DNA of 55,662 nucleotides from Catajapyx aquilonaris (taxonomy: Eukaryota), in the NCBI GenBank assembly GCA_000934665.2, contig KZ538136.1, forward strand, positions 62,001-117,662, written 5' to 3'. Position numbers and translations under genes: made by a program. Positions 53,107-55,662 of this stretch are shown here, piece after piece. Under the pieces are notes generated by a model, which was given only the letters and a program-made list of their open reading frames with translations, made no database searches and was not told the origin of the DNA. Position 1 is the stretch's first letter, and every line of letters starts with the position of its first letter.

Positions 53107-53968
53107 CTAGCAGGTTACCAGGCGTTGCCCGGGTATGTTTTGGTGGTAGGCCTATATCCATAAAATAATGAGGATGTTTGTGGGCAGCCCCCTGACACAT
53201 CCAGCCTAGCCATATGTTGAAGGTTGTTTAATATAAAATGAGGATTTTGGTGCTGGCGCGCCCCCAAAGCCGGCTACTGGGGGGTCGGTTCGGGTTGACC
53301 GCATTCGGAACCAACCCAAACCGTTCTTTCCTCGGAGGGCGTTCGCAGAGTAGGATTCGAGTGGCTGGCATCAGTAGCCGGCTGTGGAGGCGCGCCAGCG
53401 CCAAATTCCCCGCCTAGCGTAGCCTTTGATATTAAACTATCGTATCGTTGTGTCAGGGGGCTGTTTGTGGGTGTTTGTTCTCTATAGAAATCCAGGGGAA
53501 TGCCCCTATTCACTGCCTTAAAACTGTCCTTATGGGTCATTGTGTAGTTGCATTGAAAGCAATAAGCCAAAGTTTTGCATTACCTGTAAATGGGTCTATC
53601 TGGTGTCACGACAATGCAATTCTGGAACTTCTCACTTTTTGAGTTGCCTTGGAATGCTCACAAACAAAAACAGTGTAGTTAGTCCCCATTCTTGTCTTCA
53701 AAATCTCACGAATTACTCTGTACTCTGTAGTGAGGACATCTCCATGGAAATTTGAAATGTGGTAATGTTGTTAAAGAGCGCAGTGAGTGGCGTTACGGAT
53801 GTTGTGGGAGTTAGGCTCATTTTCGGGAGCTAAAACATGCGGCGTTAAATTCCTCGAAAAATGTAACCCCCGATGAGCTAGTTTAAGGCCGTGAATGGGC
53901 CTTCCCCGGAATTTCTATAAGGGATAAACAAACTCACAAACAAACATCCTTGTTTATAGATATAGAGA
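53107..53968 (-). mobile_element. Non-autonomous Helitron
   Basis: The minus strand begins A|TCTCTATATCTATA with a (TTTG)n tract. It ends with the hairpin ACCCGGGCAACGCCTGGT followed by CTAG|T. Inserted at an AT site with no TSD. Confidence 0.85.
53185..53463. mobile_element. hAT MITE nested in the Helitron
   Basis: Perfect 15-bp TIR CAGCCCCCTGACACA, extended internal inverted repeats and 8-bp TSD TTTGTGGG (53177-53184 and 53464-53471). Confidence 0.9.
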
Positions 53969-54150
53969 TACGTGAATATTATACGTAGGGGCAGGAAAAG
54001 GGTTGGAAGAAGGACGCGGGATCAAGACCCGATATACAGAGGAGAGGGTGAGAGTGACAGGAATGCCATAATTAGCAGGAGGGGGAAAATAGGTGGTGAT
54101 GGAGGACCAGTACACAGTCTGGACACATAGTGACGTAGGTAATTTAATAT

Positions 54151-54260
54151 ATTGCATTGTTGGTTGCCAGTTGTGCCAACTGGTAGGTTGCAAAGTAACG
54201 GGTTGTTGACATTGTTGACATTTATCAACGGTTGAGTTCTTGGAGGACTATAGGTATGTT
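54151..54260 (-). repeat. Dispersed repeat R2, copy 2 (inverted)
   Basis: Reverse-complement match to 41270-41368. Confidence 0.85.
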
Positions 54261-54386
54261 CCTATTAGCCGGGCCCTTAAAAGCAGAATAATACCGCAAT
54301 ATTACTAATTAGACTAATAATAATTTGACCCTGTCATTATGTCCACTTAACAAATATATCCTTTCCCTCATGGTATCGCTGAGAAG

Positions 54387-55662
54387 ATGGCTGATCAGCC
54401 GAATATAAACGAAGCAGATGTGATCTGCAACGTCCTCTTCAGGGTAGCAGACTACTTTCGGGGCAGAACCAGGTGCATCTATTGCTGGCAGATGTTCAAC
54501 TCGCGGGCCCTCATGGAGCAGCATGTGGAAGCTGAGCACCCTGAGCCAGGCGACGCCGAAGAACTGGATGACGATTTTGACGTCTTTCTTGAGGACCTGG
54601 AGAATCCGCAACGCCAGAATATGGCACATCATGGCGACAACCTTTCAGGCGACATCGACGATGATGACATGGATGCCGAGGCTGACGATTTAGACGTCGA
54701 CATTGAGGGCTCGCAAGGTTTTAATGATGGCGATAATGAGGATCATCATGGTCACAACATTCCAGGCCAAGTCGCTGCTGTCAACCATGAGGGAGTGGAG
54801 CCTCCCATCTTCAACGAGGCTGCCATCCCCCAACAACAGCATGTGGAGGGTGAGAACCCTGAGCCAGGCCACACCGACCGACTGGTTGACGATTTTGACG
54901 ATGGGGGCCTTGATATTCCACAAAGCGAGAATGTTGCTCATCATGGTGACAACATTCTAGGGCACGTCGCTGTCAACCAGGACGCCGTGGAGCCTCCCCT
55001 ACTGAATGAGGCTGTCATCCCCCAACAGGACGCAGTCGTTGCCGTCCTCACTGATATGGAGAATCTTCTCCTATACGACCAGGCTGCCACCCCTTTGGTC
55101 CAGCCTTCTGAAGATGACCAAGAGGACGCATCCGCTGCAACGTTCATAGATAATGAGACTCCTCTCCTACCCAACGAGGCAGCCGTCCCCTTGGTCCAGC
55201 CTTCTGGAGATGAGCAAGAGGACGTAGCCGCTGCAGTCCTCATAGATCAGGAGACTCCTCTCATACCAGACCAGCCTGACATTCCCTTGGTCCAGCCTTC
55301 TGAAGATGACCAAGAGGACACATCCGATGCGATGTTCATAGATAATGAGACTCCTCTCCTATCCAACGAGGCTGCCGTCCCCTTGGTCCAGCCTTCTGGA
55401 GATGAGCAAGAGGACGTAGCCTCTGCAGTCCTCCTAGATCAGGAGACTCCTCTCATACCAGACCAGCCTGCCCGCCCCTTGGTCGTTGTAGTATACATAA
55501 ATCAGGAGACTCCTCTCGGACCAGACCAGCCTGCCATCCCCTTGGTCCAGCCTTCTGCAGATGACCAAGAGGACGTAGCCTCTGCAGTCCTCATAGATCA
55601 GGAGACTCCTCTCATACCAGACCAGCCTGACATTCCCTTGGTCCAGCCTTCTGAAGATGACC
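54387..55662 (+). CDS. Single C2H2 zinc-finger protein with a long acidic tandem-repeat region (3'-partial, at least 425 aa)
   Basis: AAG-ATG-G start after an in-frame TAA at 54348, and open to the window end. It reads MADQPNINEADVICNVLFRVADYFRGRTR-CIYCWQMFNSRALMEQHVEAEH (C-x2-C-x12-H-x4-H with F at the canonical position, 54474-54539), followed by D/E-rich repeats. All indels between repeat units preserve frame. Confidence 0.8.
   Translation, partial: MADQPNINEADVICNVLFRVADYFRGRTRCIYCWQMFNSRALMEQHVEAEHPEPGDAEELDDDFDVFLEDLENPQRQNMAHHGDNLSGDIDDDDMDAEADDLDVDIEGSQGFNDGDNEDHHGHNIPGQVAAVNHEGVEPPIFNEAAIPQQQHVEGENPEPGHTDRLVDDFDDGGLDIPQSENVAHHGDNILGHVAVNQDAVEPPLLNEAVIPQQDAVVAVLTDMENLLLYDQAATPLVQPSEDDQEDASAATFIDNETPLLPNEAAVPLVQPSGDEQEDVAAAVLIDQETPLIPDQPDIPLVQPSEDDQEDTSDAMFIDNETPLLSNEAAVPLVQPSGDEQEDVASAVLLDQETPLIPDQPARPLVVVVYINQETPLGPDQPAIPLVQPSADDQEDVASAVLIDQETPLIPDQPDIPLVQPSEDD
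55092..55662 (+). repeat. 96-bp (32-aa) coding tandem repeat with alternating A/B units
   Basis: A = PLVQPSEDDQEDASAATFIDNETPLLPNEAAV and B = PLVQPSGDEQEDVAAAVLIDQETPLIPDQPDI, plus one 63-bp in-frame shortened unit. Confidence 0.95.

Noticed and set aside
54309..55243. Track ORFs of 84-107 aa in other frames or on the minus strand
   Set aside because: These are shadows of the + strand ORF starting at 54387.

Overview
Eukaryotic genomic DNA from an invertebrate animal. An arthropod is suggested, but not proven, by (TTAGG)n tracts and an Lm1/Talua-like SINE core. There are no operons, rRNA genes, CRISPR arrays or recognisable host genes. The left ~33 kb has few young transposons and reads like intronic or cis-regulatory DNA. 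It holds old Tc1/mariner relics, microsatellites and three back-to-back unrelated hairpins at 25.6-25.8 kb. The right ~22 kb is a dense nested patchwork of mobile DNA, mostly with clean target-site duplications: tRNA-derived SINEs, MITEs (hAT, P-like, Sola-like, PIF/Harbinger, Tc1/mariner), a Helitron, a probable solo LTR, and Buster and Penelope coding fossils. The only convincing CDS is absent from the ORF track because it runs off the window: 54387 to >55662 (+), one C2H2 zinc finger followed by a very acidic, lysine-free region of 32-aa tandem repeats. Other leads are a ~210-bp structured repeat with compensatory base changes whose partner module is inverted between two loci, and SINE 3' tails that keep their RNA fold but not their sequence. 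All alignments and folds were done by eye, and family assignments rest on recalled motifs.
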